Assembly (NCBI GenBank): GCA_017477845.1
Contig: JAFUTR010000053.1
Location: 1 to 60,016 of the forward strand
Source: Bacilli bacterium
Lineage (GTDB): Bacteria; Bacillota_I; Bacilli_A; RF39; UBA660
Length of the DNA: 60,016 bases
Reading direction: 5' to 3'
The notes beneath the pieces are model-generated. The model had not been told where the DNA came from, did no database searches, and was given only the letters and a program-made list of their open reading frames with translations. Of this stretch, positions 8,734-21,073 are shown piece by piece. The position numbers were made by a program, and so were the translations under genes. Position 1 is the stretch's first letter. Each line of letters opens with the position of its first letter.

Positions 8734-10071
8734 TTAAAACATACCTTCTAACATATCTTCACTTGATTCAAGATTAACATCATCTAGTCCAAATTCTTCT
8801 AATACCTTTTTATCTTCTTCAGTCATCTCTTTATAAGGTGCACTATTAGATACATCTACACTAGGAATACTGTCGACAACTTTTGTCTCAATAGTCAATT
8901 CACCATCTAATTCGCGTGCAAATTCAAATTTAATATTTGCTTTAGTAGTAAATTCATCTTTTATTTCAGCATCTGCTGTTACTTTAAACTCTTCACCAAG
9001 TGCTTCAGTATTTCTTAATTCTAGGCTAAATTTATCTTCATTTCCTTTGAATGTTCCAACAACTAGTTTTTGTCCTTGTGCTGAAACTGATAAATCATAA
9101 TTATCAGTTGAAGTCTCTTTAGCTTCAAAATTAATTATTCTTTGTCCCATTACAGATAAATATGCTTCATAGAATCCATCAATATTATTGATAACAAAAA
9201 GCAAAGGAATTGATTGATTTTGTTCTTGGATATAAACTGTTATTTCTGATGATATTGCAACATCATTATAAATATGTGCTTTATAAGTTAATAATTTCCC
9301 ATACTCTTTAACAACAGCTATTTCATCAAGAACTGCATCAAACATTTCATCAATATTAGCATTTTTATATTCTGTCTTTTCTAAAACATCTACAAGTTGC
9401 TTATAAAGTTCTTTATCAGCTTTAACTTTTTTAATAAAGCTACTTGCCATATTATAAACATCTAGTCCTGTAATAGTATAAGAATATTTCTTGGTTTTGT
9501 ATTCTTTTCCATTAATTGTTTTAGTTGCACTTTCTACTTCAATTTTATCTTCAGTAATAACTTCTTCTATAGATTCTTCTATATATTTAGTAATCTTTTC
9601 AAAGTCAATATTTAAACCTTCAAGATTTTCTAGTTCAGTTTGAACTTCCTTTAATATTTCATCTAAATCTACATAATAATATTTACTTAATTTATCTTTT
9701 AATGTGAAATAGATTCTCTTTTCTTTTAAAAGACCTTCAAGTGCAAATTTTTCATTACCTTCTTTTAACTCTCCTAATAAATATAGCTGTTCTTTTCCTC
9801 CATAGAAGTCAAGTTGCCCAGTTGCAATTTCATCATCTACATTTATTTTTGCAGATACAGTTGCATTAATTATATTTTCTTTAATGAACTTTTCATAATC
9901 GGTATCGCTTTTAGTTATTTTAGTTAATCCAAAATTATGTTTAATAGAGTCAGTTAATATGTCTTTACTACTTTTATTTGATCCAGATAGTAAGAACCAT
10001 AAAAGAACTCCTACAGCACATATAACTACTGCTATAACTAATACAGCTAACCATACTTTTTTCTTTTTCAT
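8734..10071 (-). CDS. Membrane-anchored hypothetical protein (acidic extracellular domain)
   Basis: 445 aa. Basic N-terminus, one TM helix, no recognised catalytic motif. Confidence 0.75.
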   Translation of the reverse strand: MKKKKVWLAVLVIAVVICAVGVLLWFLLSGSNKSSKDILTDSIKHNFGLTKITKSDTDYEKFIKENIINATVSAKINVDDEIATGQLDFYGGKEQLYLLGELKEGNEKFALEGLLKEKRIYFTLKDKLSKYYYVDLDEILKEVQTELENLEGLNIDFEKITKYIEESIEEVITEDKIEVESATKTINGKEYKTKKYSYTITGLDVYNMASSFIKKVKADKELYKQLVDVLEKTEYKNANIDEMFDAVLDEIAVVKEYGKLLTYKAHIYNDVAISSEITVYIQEQNQSIPLLFVINNIDGFYEAYLSVMGQRIINFEAKETSTDNYDLSVSAQGQKLVVGTFKGNEDKFSLELRNTEALGEEFKVTADAEIKDEFTTKANIKFEFARELDGELTIETKVVDSIPSVDVSNSAPYKEMTEEDKKVLEEFGLDDVNLESSEDMLEGMF

Positions 10072-10158
10072 TTCTCCACCTCTTTACAATGTAATTATAT
10101 TACAATTATCATAAAATGTCATTAAAAATAATTAATTTTTATTACACTAATGAAATAT

Positions 10159-10187
10159 AAAAAAAAGACATATAATTCTATATGCCT
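10159..10187 (-). terminator. Alpha-operon terminator
   Basis: Minus strand AGGCATATA-gaat-TATATGTCT followed by a T-run, just after rplQ. Confidence 0.7.
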
Positions 10188-10194
10188 ATTTTTA

Positions 10195-10536
10195 TTAAAC
10201 TAATTCAATAACAGCTGTTAAAGCGTTATCTCCACGTCTTTCATCAAGTTTTAATATTCTTGTGTATCCACCATTTCTAGTAGCATATTTTGGAGCTAAT
10301 TCATCAAAAATCTTTTTAACTGCTACTGTATCATTTTGTAAGAAAGCAAGTGCTTTACGTCTTGATATCAAATCACCATTTTTCCCATATGTAATCATTT
10401 TATCAACGAATTTGCGTACTTCTTTAGCTCTTGTTTCAGTAGTAACAATTTTTCCGTTTATTATAACATCTTTTGTTAAATTAGCAAGCATGCTTCTTCT
10501 ATGTTTTGTGTCTACTCCTAATTTTCTATAAGCCAT
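10195..10536 (-). CDS. rplQ: 50S ribosomal protein L17
   Basis: [26 protein letters not shown]. Confidence 0.99.
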   Translation of the reverse strand: MAYRKLGVDTKHRRSMLANLTKDVIINGKIVTTETRAKEVRKFVDKMITYGKNGDLISRRKALAFLQNDTVAVKKIFDELAPKYATRNGGYTRILKLDERRGDNALTAVIELV

Positions 10537-10550
10537 ACTAATCCTCCTTA

Positions 10551-11501
10551 CTAATCATCATTACGTAATACTAGTCCTAAGTCACGTACTTTGTCTAATA
10601 CTTCTTTAAGTGATTTCTTACCTAAATTACGTATCTTCATCATATCGTTTTCACTCATATTAACTAAATCTTGTAATGTATGTATATTTGCTCTTTTTAA
10701 GCAATTATAAGCTCTTACTGAGAAATCTAAATCTTCAATAGTAGTTTCTAATGCCTTAACTTTCGGATCTTCAGTTTTTTCAATCATCATTCCAGTCATA
10801 TCAGCAATGTTACTTAAATTAGTAAGAATATTGAAATGTTCAATTAAAATTCTTGCAGCAAGTGCAATAGCTTCTTCTGGTTTCATTGAACCATTTGTCC
10901 AAACATTTAATATTAACTTATCATAAGTTTCATTTTGTCCAACACGAGCTGGCTCAACATCATATGATATTCTTTCAATTGGTGAGAATAAAGAATCAAT
11001 TGCAATTACTCCAACTTTCTTTATATCAAGAAGTTTTTTATTTTCTTCACTTCTTACATACCCTCTACCATTCGATACAGTCATTTCCATTATTAATTTT
11101 CCATCTTTTGCAACATTTGCAATTACTAAATCTGGATTAATAATTTCTATATCTGCATCGTGTTCGATATCACCTGCAGTTACAGGCCCTTCTTCAGTTT
11201 TATTAATTCTAACTGTTTTAATTTCGTTAGAATGATTCTTAATTACTACTTGTTTTAAATTTAATATAATTGTAGTAACGTCTTCAACAACACCTTCTAT
11301 TGTTTGAAATTCGTGTAAAACACCTTCTATTTTAACACTTGATAAAGCACTTCCTGGAAGGCTTGATAACATTACACGTCTTAATGCGTTTCCTAAAGTT
11401 GTTCCGAATCCTCTTTCAAGTGGTTCGATTTCAAATTTTCCATAAAAATTACTATCTACATAATCAGTAATTTTATAATTTGGTTTTTCAAATTCAATCA
11501 T
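10551..11501 (-). CDS. rpoA: RNA polymerase subunit alpha
   Basis: [41 protein letters not shown]. Confidence 0.99.
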   Translation of the reverse strand: MIEFEKPNYKITDYVDSNFYGKFEIEPLERGFGTTLGNALRRVMLSSLPGSALSSVKIEGVLHEFQTIEGVVEDVTTIILNLKQVVIKNHSNEIKTVRINKTEEGPVTAGDIEHDADIEIINPDLVIANVAKDGKLIMEMTVSNGRGYVRSEENKKLLDIKKVGVIAIDSLFSPIERISYDVEPARVGQNETYDKLILNVWTNGSMKPEEAIALAARILIEHFNILTNLSNIADMTGMMIEKTEDPKVKALETTIEDLDFSVRAYNCLKRANIHTLQDLVNMSENDMMKIRNLGKKSLKEVLDKVRDLGLVLRNDD

Positions 11502-11530
11502 GAAACTACCTCCTTTTTTTCATTTTATTA

Positions 11531-11914
11531 CTATCCACGTGGACGTTTTGGTGGACGACATCCATTGTGTGGTATTGGTGTTACATCAGTAATAGAAGTT
11601 ATCTCAAGTCCTGCTGTTTGAAGTGATCTAATAGCAGTTTCTCTTCCAGGTCCTAAACCTTTAACATTTACTTCTATTTTTCTCATACCTAAATCGTATG
11701 CTGTTTTTCCTGCAGCTTCAGCAGCCATTCCTGCAGCAAATGGAGTTGATTTTTTACTACCTTTATAACCGATTGCTCCACTACTTGACCATGAAACAAC
11801 TTGTCCATCTTTGTCAGTTATAGTAGTTATTGTATTATTAAATGTTGAATGAATATGTGCTACACCTTCAGGAACATTTTTCTTGACTTTTTTCTTTCTA
11901 GTTTTGTAAGCCAT
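11531..11914 (-). CDS. rpsK: 30S ribosomal protein S11
   Basis: [23 protein letters not shown]. Confidence 0.99.
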   Translation of the reverse strand: MAYKTRKKKVKKNVPEGVAHIHSTFNNTITTITDKDGQVVSWSSSGAIGYKGSKKSTPFAAGMAAEAAGKTAYDLGMRKIEVNVKGLGPGRETAIRSLQTAGLEITSITDVTPIPHNGCRPPKRPRG

Positions 11915-11935
11915 AAATTTATCCTCCTTTAACTA

Positions 11936-12301
11936 TTATTTCTTCTTATTAGCAACAGTCTTACCTTTTCCTTTACGAGTTCTTGCATTACTTCTAGTGC
12001 TTTGACCTCTAACAGGTAATCCTTTTTTATGACGAGTTCCTTGATAAGAGTTAATTTCCATTTTAGTTTTAATGTTCATATTAACTTCACGTCTTAAATC
12101 TCCTTCAACAACGTATTTAGAGATTTCATCACGTAATCTATTTAATTCATCATTATCTAAATCTTTTACTCTTTTTTCTCCGTCTACTTTTGCATTTGTA
12201 ACAATTGTTTTTGCTAAGTTTCTTCCTATTCCATAAATATAAGTTATTGAAGTTTCAACTTGCTTATCATTAGGAATATCTACACCTTTAATACGAGCCA
12301 T
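11936..12301 (-). CDS. rpsM: 30S ribosomal protein S13
   Basis: [24 protein letters not shown]. Confidence 0.99.
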   Translation of the reverse strand: MARIKGVDIPNDKQVETSITYIYGIGRNLAKTIVTNAKVDGEKRVKDLDNDELNRLRDEISKYVVEGDLRREVNMNIKTKMEINSYQGTRHKKGLPVRGQSTRSNARTRKGKGKTVANKKK

Positions 12302-12318
12302 AAATTACTCTCCTTCCA

Positions 12319-12662
<344 letters not shown>

Positions 12663-12666
12663 ATCA

Positions 12667-13416
12667 TCACTCTCCAGTCGTCAATATTTCATATCCATCA
12701 TGAGTCACTAATACAGTATGTTCAAAATGTGCTGATGGTTTCTCATCATATGTTACGATAGTCCATCCATCATCTAACATACATATATCTCTTGACCCTA
12801 AATTTAACATTGGTTCTACTGCAAATACCATACCTTCTTTTATAAGTGGACCAGTGTTTGGTTTACCATAATTAGGTATGTCTGGATCCTCATGTAACTC
12901 ATGTCCTACTCCGTGTCCACAAAGTTCACGAACAACTCCAAGATGATATTTTTTTGCAACAGTTTCTACAGCATTTGAAATATCACCAATTCTGTTTCCA
13001 GGCTTAACCATTGCAAGTCCTGCAAACAAAGCTTCTTTAGTTTCATCCATTAAATCTGAAACTTCTTTTGACACTTCTCCTACTTTATATGTCCAAGCAG
13101 AATCTCCATGATATCCTTTATAGCAAGCACATATATCTAGAGTTATAATATCTCCATTTTTTAATTTTCTTTTACTTGGAATTCCATGTACTACTTCGTC
13201 ATTTATACTTGTACAAAGAGTTGCAGGAAATCCATTGTAACCTTTACAAGAAGGAGTTGCACCTTTACTTCTAATAAAATCTTCTGCAAGACGATCTAGT
13301 TCTAAAGTTGTAATTCCTTCTTTAATGAAAGGCTTCAAATATTGATGTGTTTGATAAACGATATTTCCAGCAATCCTTAATAATTCTATTTCATGATCAC
13401 TTTTTATATTAATCAT
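12667..13416 (-). CDS. map: Methionine aminopeptidase type I
   Basis: [37 protein letters not shown]. Confidence 0.98.
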   Translation of the reverse strand: MINIKSDHEIELLRIAGNIVYQTHQYLKPFIKEGITTLELDRLAEDFIRSKGATPSCKGYNGFPATLCTSINDEVVHGIPSKRKLKNGDIITLDICACYKGYHGDSAWTYKVGEVSKEVSDLMDETKEALFAGLAMVKPGNRIGDISNAVETVAKKYHLGVVRELCGHGVGHELHEDPDIPNYGKPNTGPLIKEGMVFAVEPMLNLGSRDICMLDDGWTIVTYDEKPSAHFEHTVLVTHDGYEILTTGE

Positions 13417-13428
13417 TTTATCACCTTG

Positions 13429-14079
13429 TTACTTAATAATTTTTTCTGCTTGTTCAAGCGTATATACATGTCCTTTACTAGAATCAATTACATGTAATAC
13501 ATTTTTCTTTTTGTAATAATCGATAAGCGGAAGTGTATTTTTTAAATATGTTTCATAACGCGCTTCAAAAGACTCTCTATTGTCATCTTTTCTTTGCATT
13601 AATTTTCCTCCACATTTATTACAAATTCCTTCTTTTTTAGGTTTTAATTCATCATTGTAAATGTTATGAATTTCTCCACAACTTTCACAAATGTATCTTC
13701 CTGTTATTCTTTCTATTAATTCTTCTTTTGGTATGTCTAGTACTATAACTACTCCTAAGTCTCTTCCAGATTTCTTTAAGATATTTTCATATTCTAAAGC
13801 TTGTTCTAAGTTTCTTGGGAATCCATCTAAGATGTATCCGTTATCACAGGCTTTATCACTTAACTTATTTTCTAAAGCTTTATAAACTATTTCGTTTGAA
13901 ACAAGTCCACCGCTTTCTTGAACTTTAGCAATTTCTTTACCTAGTTCATCACCCTTAGCTACTTGTTCTCTTAATAAGTCACCAGTTGAAATGTGAACAT
14001 AATCATATTTTTTTAGTAAATCATTTGATAAAGTTCCTTTTCCTGCTCCTGGAGCAGCTATTAAAATTAAGTTTCTCAT
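13429..14079 (-). CDS. adk: Adenylate kinase (zinc-lid type)
   Basis: APGAGKGT, HISTGDLLR, LDGFPR, CESC..CNKC lid. Confidence 0.98.
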   Translation of the reverse strand: MRNLILIAAPGAGKGTLSNDLLKKYDYVHISTGDLLREQVAKGDELGKEIAKVQESGGLVSNEIVYKALENKLSDKACDNGYILDGFPRNLEQALEYENILKKSGRDLGVVIVLDIPKEELIERITGRYICESCGEIHNIYNDELKPKKEGICNKCGGKLMQRKDDNRESFEARYETYLKNTLPLIDYYKKKNVLHVIDSSKGHVYTLEQAEKIIK

Positions 14080-15341
14080 CTTCTTCTACTACTATATCCT
14101 TTCTTATAACTTCTTGTAACCAAACTTCCCTCTAATTGTCTATATGTTTCAAGGGCAACACCTACAACAATTAGTAAGCTTGTTCCACCTATTGAAACAT
14201 TTGATGAAAGTCCGGACAAACTTGAGAATATAATTGGAAGAGATGCAATTACTACTAAGAATAATGCTCCAAATACAGTAAGTCTTGATAATACTTTTGA
14301 TATATAATCTTCAGTATCTTTTCCTGGACGAACACCTGGAATAAATCCACCATTTTCTTTTAAGTTCTTTGCAAGTTCTTCTGGTCTTAATTGAATAAAT
14401 GTATAGAAGTAAGCAAAGAAATAAATTAATAATACGAATATTACAAACCCAACAGGTTGAGTATATGTTAAGTATTTATTAACAAATTCTGTGAATCCAT
14501 CATTTTTTACAAATTGAGCAATTACAGCAGGTATTGTTAATAAACTTGATGCAAATATTACTGGTACTACTCCAGCTGTATTAATCTTTATTGGCATATA
14601 AGATTGGTTATTACCAAATGTAGATTTATTTGCATATTGTATTTGAACACGCCTTTCAGCTTCTTGCATAAATATAACTCCGATTACTACAGCGAAATAT
14701 ATTATTACAAATAGAATAAACAAAAGTATTCCTAGCCAATTAGCATATGTTCCACTTGTTACTAATTCTTCAAAGACTGTAACAAATGTTGATGGTAATG
14801 TTGCAATAATACCAGCCATGATAATTAATGAAACACCATTACCAATTCCTTTTTGTGTAATTTGATCTCCTAACCATAATAAGAATGCAGTTCCAGCTGT
14901 TATTACAGTTGCTACATACATATAATCCATAGTAGATTTTCCACTACCTAAGAATGCTATTGCAAATACAAATCCTTCAATAAATGCAAATATAATTCCC
15001 ATATATCTTGTTATTTTATTTATTTTTTGTCTTCCTGTTGGTCCTTCATCTTTAAGTTCACTAAAGTATGGAATTATATCCATCTGTAATAATTGAATGA
15101 TGATTGACGCAGTGATATATGGTGTTACACCAAGTGAAAATATTGAGAATTTTTGCATTGCTCCTCCAGTGAATGAATTAAGTGTTCCAAACGCTGTAGA
15201 AGACATATCTAAATTAGGAGTTCCTGGTATTTGAACATAAGTTCCTATTATAAATAGTGCCAATACACCTAACGTAAAATATATTCTAGTCCTTAAGTCT
15301 TTGTTTGTAGGTGCAGATAATTGTTTCAATGCTTGAAACAT
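14076..15341 (-). CDS. secY: Preprotein translocase subunit SecY
   Basis: SIFSLGVTPYITASIIIQLL, GIGNGVSLII, IPGVRPG, GGTSLLIVVGV. Confidence 0.99.
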   Translation of the reverse strand: MFQALKQLSAPTNKDLRTRIYFTLGVLALFIIGTYVQIPGTPNLDMSSTAFGTLNSFTGGAMQKFSIFSLGVTPYITASIIIQLLQMDIIPYFSELKDEGPTGRQKINKITRYMGIIFAFIEGFVFAIAFLGSGKSTMDYMYVATVITAGTAFLLWLGDQITQKGIGNGVSLIIMAGIIATLPSTFVTVFEELVTSGTYANWLGILLFILFVIIYFAVVIGVIFMQEAERRVQIQYANKSTFGNNQSYMPIKINTAGVVPVIFASSLLTIPAVIAQFVKNDGFTEFVNKYLTYTQPVGFVIFVLLIYFFAYFYTFIQLRPEELAKNLKENGGFIPGVRPGKDTEDYISKVLSRLTVFGALFLVVIASLPIIFSSLSGLSSNVSIGGTSLLIVVGVALETYRQLEGSLVTRSYKKGYSSRRR

Positions 15342-15342
15342 A

Positions 15343-15786
15343 TTACATCACCTCAATTTTACTTCCTGACTTTTCAATTTTTTCTACTGCAGTCTTAGAA
15401 AATTTATGAGCTTGAATAGTTAATTTCTTTTCAAGAGTTCCATTCCCTAAAACCTTAATACCATCTAATTGATTTTTTACAAGTCCAACTTCTTTTAATA
15501 AAGCTGGTGATACTACTGTATCGTTTTCAAATCTATTTAAATCGCTAACATTAATTACTGCATAAGATGTTCTAAATTTTGCATTGTTGAATCCTCTTTT
15601 TGGAAGACGTCTGTATAATGGAGTTTGTCCTCCTTCAAATACAGTTCTTACTCCTCCACCACTTCTTGCATTTTGTCCTTTATGACCTTTTCCACTTGTT
15701 TTACCTAAACCTGATCCTCTACCACGACCAACTATTTTTCTTTTTTGAGTAGCTCCAGCATTTTTTTCTAATTCATGTAATTTCAT
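15343..15786 (-). CDS. rplO: 50S ribosomal protein L15
   Basis: [30 protein letters not shown]. Confidence 0.99.
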   Translation of the reverse strand: MKLHELEKNAGATQKRKIVGRGRGSGLGKTSGKGHKGQNARSGGGVRTVFEGGQTPLYRRLPKRGFNNAKFRTSYAVINVSDLNRFENDTVVSPALLKEVGLVKNQLDGIKVLGNGTLEKKLTIQAHKFSKTAVEKIEKSGSKIEVM

Positions 15787-16298
15787 TATCCTAAAATCTC
15801 CTCTATAGTTTTTCCTCTTAGTTCAGCGATATGTTCAGGTGTTTTAATTTGTTTTAAGGCATCAAGTGTTGCATTTGCCATGTTATTTTTTGTCCTTGCT
15901 CCAAGTGATTTAGCAGAGATATCACGAATTCCTGCAAGTTCAAGTACAGCTCTTACTGCACCTCCAGCTATAACTCCAGTTCCTTCTGGTGCTGGTTTTA
16001 ATAGAACTCTTGCAGCTCCTTTAACACCAATTACTTCATACGCAATTGTTCTTTCATCTGTTAAAGGCACTCTAATTAAATTTTTGTTAGCGTCTTGAAT
16101 AGCTTTCTTTATTGCATCTGGTACTTCATTTGCTTTTCCCATACCTAGACCAACTTGTCCATGTCTGTCCCCAACAACTACTGTAGCAGAAAATCTTCTT
16201 TGTCTACCACCTTTGTTAACTTTAACGACACTTTTAATTTCAATTACTTGTTCTTCTAAAGTTTTTACTTTAGTTGGGTCTTCTTTTCTATTTTGCAT
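15786..16298 (-). CDS. rpsE: 30S ribosomal protein S5
   Basis: [28 protein letters not shown]. Confidence 0.99.
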   Translation of the reverse strand: MQNRKEDPTKVKTLEEQVIEIKSVVKVNKGGRQRRFSATVVVGDRHGQVGLGMGKANEVPDAIKKAIQDANKNLIRVPLTDERTIAYEVIGVKGAARVLLKPAPEGTGVIAGGAVRAVLELAGIRDISAKSLGARTKNNMANATLDALKQIKTPEHIAELRGKTIEEILG

Positions 16299-16312
16299 AA
16301 ATTACCCTCCTT

Positions 16313-16675
16313 CTAGAACTCTAAACCATTTTCACGTGCTGCTGTAGCTAATGCTTCAACACGTCCATGGTATAGATATCCGCCTCTATCAAATACTACT
16401 TTTTTAATATTTGCTTTTACTGCTAATTTAGCTATTTTTTCTCCAACTTTACTAGCAGCTTCTTTATTACTTCCACTCTTTAATTTTAGATCTTTATCAA
16501 GTGATGAAGCACTTACTAATGTTTTTCCTTCTTCATCATCAATAATTTGTGCAAAAATGTTTGAATTTGATCTAAACACATTAAGTCTTGGAACAGCACT
16601 TGTACCATTTACATCTTTTCTTACTCTTTTGTGTCTTTCAACACGCATAGTATTTCTTGATTCTTTTTTAATCAT
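16313..16675 (-). CDS. rplR: 50S ribosomal protein L18
   Basis: [21 protein letters not shown]. Confidence 0.99.
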   Translation of the reverse strand: MIKKESRNTMRVERHKRVRKDVNGTSAVPRLNVFRSNSNIFAQIIDDEEGKTLVSASSLDKDLKLKSGSNKEAASKVGEKIAKLAVKANIKKVVFDRGGYLYHGRVEALATAARENGLEF

Positions 16676-16700
16676 AAGTAACTTCTCCTTATCTTATATT

Positions 16701-17231
16701 TTAAGCAGCTTTCTTACCTTCCTTACGAATAATGTGTTCGTCTTTATAACGAATACCTTTTCCTTTATAAGGTTCAGGTTGTCTAACTTTTCTAACATTT
16801 GCTGCAAATTCTCCAACTAATTCTTTGTCTATACCTTTAATAGTTAATTCAGTATTACTTGGGCATTCAACAGTAATTCCTGTTGGAACTTGCATTTCTA
16901 CTGGATGACTATATCCAGCACTTATTACTATTACATTTCCTTTAAGAGCGAAACGATATCCAACACCAACTATTTCTAGTTCTTTTTGAAATCCTTCAGT
17001 AACACCAACTATCATATTATGAATGTTAGCATTTACTGTTCCATGCATTGGTTTATATAAATCATTTTCTCTTGTTACTTCTAAAGTGTTTCCTTCTACT
17101 TTAGCGTTTATTCCTTCTACTAAAGTAGTAGTAAGTTCACCTTTAGGTCCTGTAACTTTTACTAAATTATTTTCAACGTTAACTGTAACACCAGCAGGTA
17201 TTACTAGTTTTCTATTTCCAATACGACTCAT
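16701..17231 (-). CDS. rplF: 50S ribosomal protein L6
   Basis: MSRIG, PEPYKGKGIRY. Confidence 0.99.
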   Translation of the reverse strand: MSRIGNRKLVIPAGVTVNVENNLVKVTGPKGELTTTLVEGINAKVEGNTLEVTRENDLYKPMHGTVNANIHNMIVGVTEGFQKELEIVGVGYRFALKGNVIVISAGYSHPVEMQVPTGITVECPSNTELTIKGIDKELVGEFAANVRKVRQPEPYKGKGIRYKDEHIIRKEGKKAA

Positions 17232-17257
17232 TTCCCTAGGCCTCCTTACACTTCAGA

Positions 17258-17659
17258 TTACCAAACATAAGCTAAAACTTCTCCACCAAGATTTTGTTTT
17301 CTAGCTTCTTTATCAGTCATAATTCCTTTTGAAGTTGAAATTATTGCAATTCCAAGTCCATTTAATACTCTTGGAACTTCATCACTTTTTACATAAACTC
17401 TTAATCCTGGTTTAGAAATACGTTTAAGTCCAGTAATTACTTTCTCTTTCTTTTTTCCATATTTAAGTGTTAATAAAATATTTTTTTCAACACCTTCACT
17501 TACTACTTTATATTCTTTAATGAATCCTTCTTCTTTTAAAATTCTAGCAAGTTCTACTTTTAATTTAGAAGCAGGAACGGTTACTTCTTCATAACCCATT
17601 GAATTTGCATTACGGATACGTGTTAACATATCAGCAATTGTATCAGTTACTACAGCCAT
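17258..17659 (-). CDS. rpsH: 30S ribosomal protein S8
   Basis: [23 protein letters not shown]. Confidence 0.99.
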   Translation of the reverse strand: MAVVTDTIADMLTRIRNANSMGYEEVTVPASKLKVELARILKEEGFIKEYKVVSEGVEKNILLTLKYGKKKEKVITGLKRISKPGLRVYVKSDEVPRVLNGLGIAIISTSKGIMTDKEARKQNLGGEVLAYVW

Positions 17660-17679
17660 TTTATAATCCTCCTTCCCAA

Positions 17680-17865
17680 TTACCAGCTTGACTTTTTAAC
17701 ACCTGGTATTTGTCCTTTATAAGCTAATTCTCTAAAGCAAATACGGCATATTCCAAATTTACTCATAACTGCATGAGGTCTTCCACATCTTTTGCAACGT
17801 GTGTACTCACGAACTTTAAATTTTTGTTTTCTATTTGCTTTAACAATCATACTTTTTTTTGCCAT
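17680..17865 (-). CDS. rpsN: 30S ribosomal protein S14, type Z (zinc-binding)
   Basis: 61 aa, [17 protein letters not shown]. Confidence 0.99.
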   Translation of the reverse strand: MAKKSMIVKANRKQKFKVREYTRCKRCGRPHAVMSKFGICRICFRELAYKGQIPGVKKSSW

Positions 17866-17879
17866 TATTTACCCTCCAA

Positions 17880-18419
17880 TTACTTTCTAAATGGAATTCC
17901 AAGTTCACTTAATAAATCGTAAGCTTCTTCATTAGATTTGGCAGTTGTTACAAATACGATATCCATTCCACGTACTTTTACAACATTGTCATATTCTATT
18001 TCAGAAAATATTAATTGTTCTTTAATTCCAAGTGTGTAGTTTCCACGTCCATCAAATGCTTTAGGAGAAACTCCTCTAAAGTCACGAACACGAGGAAGTC
18101 CGATTGATACTAACTTATCCATAAAGTTATACATGTTGTTTCCTCTTAATGTAACCTTACATCCGATTGCTTGTCCTTCTCTTACTTTAAATCCTGCAAT
18201 TGATTTTCTTGCTTTTGTTATAACAGGTTTTTGTCCTGATATAAGTTCAAGATCTTTAACTGCAGCTTCCATAAGTTTAGAGTTTCCTGTAGCGTCTCCT
18301 ACACCCATATTAATAACGATCTTCTCAAGTTTTGGTACTTCCATAATAGTAGTATAATTATGTTTTTTAATTAAGCTTGGAACGATTTCATTTACATATC
18401 TTTCTTTTAGGCGGTTCAT
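17880..18419 (-). CDS. rplE: 50S ribosomal protein L5
   Basis: [22 protein letters not shown]. Confidence 0.99.
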   Translation of the reverse strand: MNRLKERYVNEIVPSLIKKHNYTTIMEVPKLEKIVINMGVGDATGNSKLMEAAVKDLELISGQKPVITKARKSIAGFKVREGQAIGCKVTLRGNNMYNFMDKLVSIGLPRVRDFRGVSPKAFDGRGNYTLGIKEQLIFSEIEYDNVVKVRGMDIVFVTTAKSNEEAYDLLSELGIPFRK

Positions 18420-18438
18420 AAATCAATTCCTCCTTCCA

Positions 18439-18744
18439 CTAATCAATCTTCTCGCCAGATTTTTTAGCGACTCTTACTTTTTTATCTTTTTCTATAGTAT
18501 GACCAATTCTAGTTCTTTTCTTTGTTTTAGGATCAATCAACATAACATTAGATGCATGAATAGGTGCTTCTGTTTCAAGTATTCCACCAGTTTCTTGTCC
18601 GTTTCCTTTTCTATGTTTCTTAACGATGTTTACACCTTCAACTATAACACGATTTTCTTTCTTTAATGTCTTAGTGATTTTTCCTTCTTTTCCTTTACTA
18701 GATCCGGCAATTACTACAACTTTATCTCCAACTTTTAAGTTCAT
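18439..18744 (-). CDS. rplX: 50S ribosomal protein L24
   Basis: KOW motif [23 protein letters not shown]. Confidence 0.99.
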   Translation of the reverse strand: MNLKVGDKVVVIAGSSKGKEGKITKTLKKENRVIVEGVNIVKKHRKGNGQETGGILETEAPIHASNVMLIDPKTKKRTRIGHTIEKDKKVRVAKKSGEKID

Positions 18745-18753
18745 AATAACCTC

Positions 18754-19122
18754 CTATAGTACTTCTTTAGCTAAAGATACAATTTTCATGAAATCTTTAT
18801 CACGAAGTTCTCTAGCAACAGGGCCAAATATACGAGTTCCTACTGGACTCTTATCGTCCCTAATTATTACGCAAGCATTGTCATCAAATTTGATATAAGA
18901 ACCATCTTCTCTTCTTAATCCAAATGTAGTTCTAACAACAACTGCTTTAACGACTTTTCCTTTTTGAACAGTTCCATTAGGTGTGGCATTTTTAACTGTA
19001 CCAACAACTATGTCACCGATATTACCAGTTTTAACTTTGCTTCCTCCAAGAACACGGATAACTAAAAGTTCTCTTGCTCCAGAGTTATCAGCAACTTTTA
19101 AACGACTCTCTTGTTGAATCAT
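18754..19122 (-). CDS. rplN: 50S ribosomal protein L14
   Basis: [28 protein letters not shown]. Confidence 0.99.
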   Translation of the reverse strand: MIQQESRLKVADNSGARELLVIRVLGGSKVKTGNIGDIVVGTVKNATPNGTVQKGKVVKAVVVRTTFGLRREDGSYIKFDDNACVIIRDDKSPVGTRIFGPVARELRDKDFMKIVSLAKEVL

Positions 19123-19149
19123 AAATAATCCTCCTTCACCTAATAGTTA

Positions 19150-19407
19150 TTATAAAATAACTGCTTCCTTTACTATTTCTTTTAAGTAGAATCTCTTAGT
19201 TTTAGAAAGTGGTCTTGTTTCAACTATTCTAACTACATCTCCTACTTTAGCTTTATTAGTTTCATCATGTACTGCATATTTCTTTGATGATTTAACTCTT
19301 TTTCCATATAATGGATGTTTTTTATAAGTTTCAACTAATACAGTAATTGTTTTATTATTAACAGAACTAACAACTTTTCCAACTAATTCTCTATTTGTCT
19401 TTTCCAT
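19150..19407 (-). CDS. rpsQ: 30S ribosomal protein S17
   Basis: [19 protein letters not shown]. Confidence 0.99.
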   Translation of the reverse strand: MEKTNRELVGKVVSSVNNKTITVLVETYKKHPLYGKRVKSSKKYAVHDETNKAKVGDVVRIVETRPLSKTKRFYLKEIVKEAVIL

Positions 19408-19416
19408 AATACCCTC

Positions 19417-19626
19417 CTAATTCTTACTATTGCTTTCTTCAAGTTCTCTTTCGCGAAGAACTGTTTTAAGTCTTGCAACAGTATGTCTTAAATCTTTGAT
19501 TTTTGAAGGTTTATCTAAGTTCCCAGTTGCTTGTTGGAAACGTAAGTTAAATAGTTCCTCTTTAGTCTCTTTAATTTTAGCAACAATTTCATCAGTGGTT
19601 AGATTTCTAATTTCATTAACCTTCAT
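19417..19626 (-). CDS. rpmC: 50S ribosomal protein L29
   Basis: [22 protein letters not shown]. Confidence 0.98.
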   Translation of the reverse strand: MKVNEIRNLTTDEIVAKIKETKEELFNLRFQQATGNLDKPSKIKDLRHTVARLKTVLRERELEESNSKN

Positions 19627-20047
19627 TTATATCACCACCATTTTCTTTCATTACAAATTTTGTTTTTATTGGTAATTTATGTGAAGCAAGACGAAGTGCT
19701 TCTCTTGCAACTTCTTCAGTTACATCTGTTACTTCAAACATAATTTTTCCAGTTTTAACAACTGCTACCCATTCTTCAACGTTTCCTTTACCTTTTCCTT
19801 GACGTGTTCCTAGAGGTTTTTTAGTTAAAGGCATATGTGGAAAGATATTTATAAATACTTTTCCTCCACGTTTCATATAACGAGTCATAGCTACACGGGC
19901 TGCTTCGATTTGATTTGCTGTAATCCAAGCACCTTCTTGTGCCATTAATCCATATTGTCCGTTATGTAATTCACGATTCCCTTTTGCACGACCTTCGTAA
20001 GGTAATCTATGTACACGACGATATTTAGTTCTTGATGGTATTAACAT
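19616..20047 (-). CDS. rplP: 50S ribosomal protein L16
   Basis: [26 protein letters not shown]. Confidence 0.99.
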   Translation of the reverse strand: MLIPSRTKYRRVHRLPYEGRAKGNRELHNGQYGLMAQEGAWITANQIEAARVAMTRYMKRGGKVFINIFPHMPLTKKPLGTRQGKGKGNVEEWVAVVKTGKIMFEVTDVTEEVAREALRLASHKLPIKTKFVMKENGGDINEG

Positions 20048-20049
20048 TA

Positions 20050-20703
20050 TTAATTACCTCCTTTAGTCTTTTTATCTTGAAGAATTTCTCCTTTATAAAT
20101 CCATACTTTTACACCAATTTTTCCAAATGTTGTATCAGCTTCTGATAAAGCATAGTCAACATCTGCTCTTAATGTATGTAGAGGGATTGTTCCTTCAGAA
20201 TATCCTTCACTTCTTGCAATATCAGCTCCGTTAAGTCTTCCAGACACTAAAGTTTTAACTCCTTTAGCTCCTGCTTTCATAACGTTTCTAATTGCTTTCT
20301 TTTGAGCCATTCTAAATGATGCTCTGTTTTCGATTTGAGAAGCAATACTATCAGCAACTAGTTTTGCATCTAAATCCGGTTTTTTAACATCAACGATTGA
20401 AATTTGAATTTCTTCGTTAACTAACTTAGAGATTTCTTTCTTTAAGTTTTCTATTTCTTCTCCACCTTTTCCAATGATTACCCCTGGACGAGATGTATGA
20501 ATAATAACTTCACATCTTTTTGCATTTCTTTCGATTTCAACAGTGCTAACACCAGCATCAGCTAACTTTTTATTTAAAAACTTACGGATTTTTAAATCAT
20601 TTTCAAGTTTTTTACTAAAATCACTTTTATTAGCATACCAGTTTGCTTCCCAGCCTCTATTGATTCCAATTCTAAGTCCTATTGGACTAACTTTCTGTCC
20701 CAT
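20050..20703 (-). CDS. rpsC: 30S ribosomal protein S3
   Basis: [32 protein letters not shown]. Confidence 0.99.
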   Translation of the reverse strand: MGQKVSPIGLRIGINRGWEANWYANKSDFSKKLENDLKIRKFLNKKLADAGVSTVEIERNAKRCEVIIHTSRPGVIIGKGGEEIENLKKEISKLVNEEIQISIVDVKKPDLDAKLVADSIASQIENRASFRMAQKKAIRNVMKAGAKGVKTLVSGRLNGADIARSEGYSEGTIPLHTLRADVDYALSEADTTFGKIGVKVWIYKGEILQDKKTKGGN

Positions 20704-20721
20704 ATTAACCTCCTTTAAAGA

Positions 20722-21060
20722 TTATTTCTCTGCCACAACTACGACAATGTGACTAGTTCTTCTGTCTTTATGTCCAATATGACTACGAGAATCAAACATA
20801 ACTCTCTTCATAACTGGACCTGCATCTACTCTTGCTTCTTTAACATATAATTTGTTCTTATCTAAACTAAAGTTATTAACAGCGTTAGCAACTGCAGAGT
20901 TTAAAACTTTTAAAATCATTCCGCTTGATTTTTTGTTTCTATTTTCAAGTATTGTTACTGCTTCATCAACCTTTTTCCCACGAATTAAATCAATAACTAG
21001 TCTTGCTTTAATTGGTGAAATTCTAACTGATTTAGCTATTGCTTTTCCTTCCATCTTCAT
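20722..21060 (-). CDS. rplV: 50S ribosomal protein L22
   Basis: RISPIKARLVIDLIRGK, SAVANA, RTSHIVV. Confidence 0.98.
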   Translation of the reverse strand: MKMEGKAIAKSVRISPIKARLVIDLIRGKKVDEAVTILENRNKKSSGMILKVLNSAVANAVNNFSLDKNKLYVKEARVDAGPVMKRVMFDSRSHIGHKDRRTSHIVVVVAEK

Positions 21061-21073
21061 TTCCTCCTAGTCA

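Noticed and set aside
10551-11914. Absence of rpsD between rpsK and rpoA
   Set aside because: Normal for Bacilli, where rpsD lies elsewhere.
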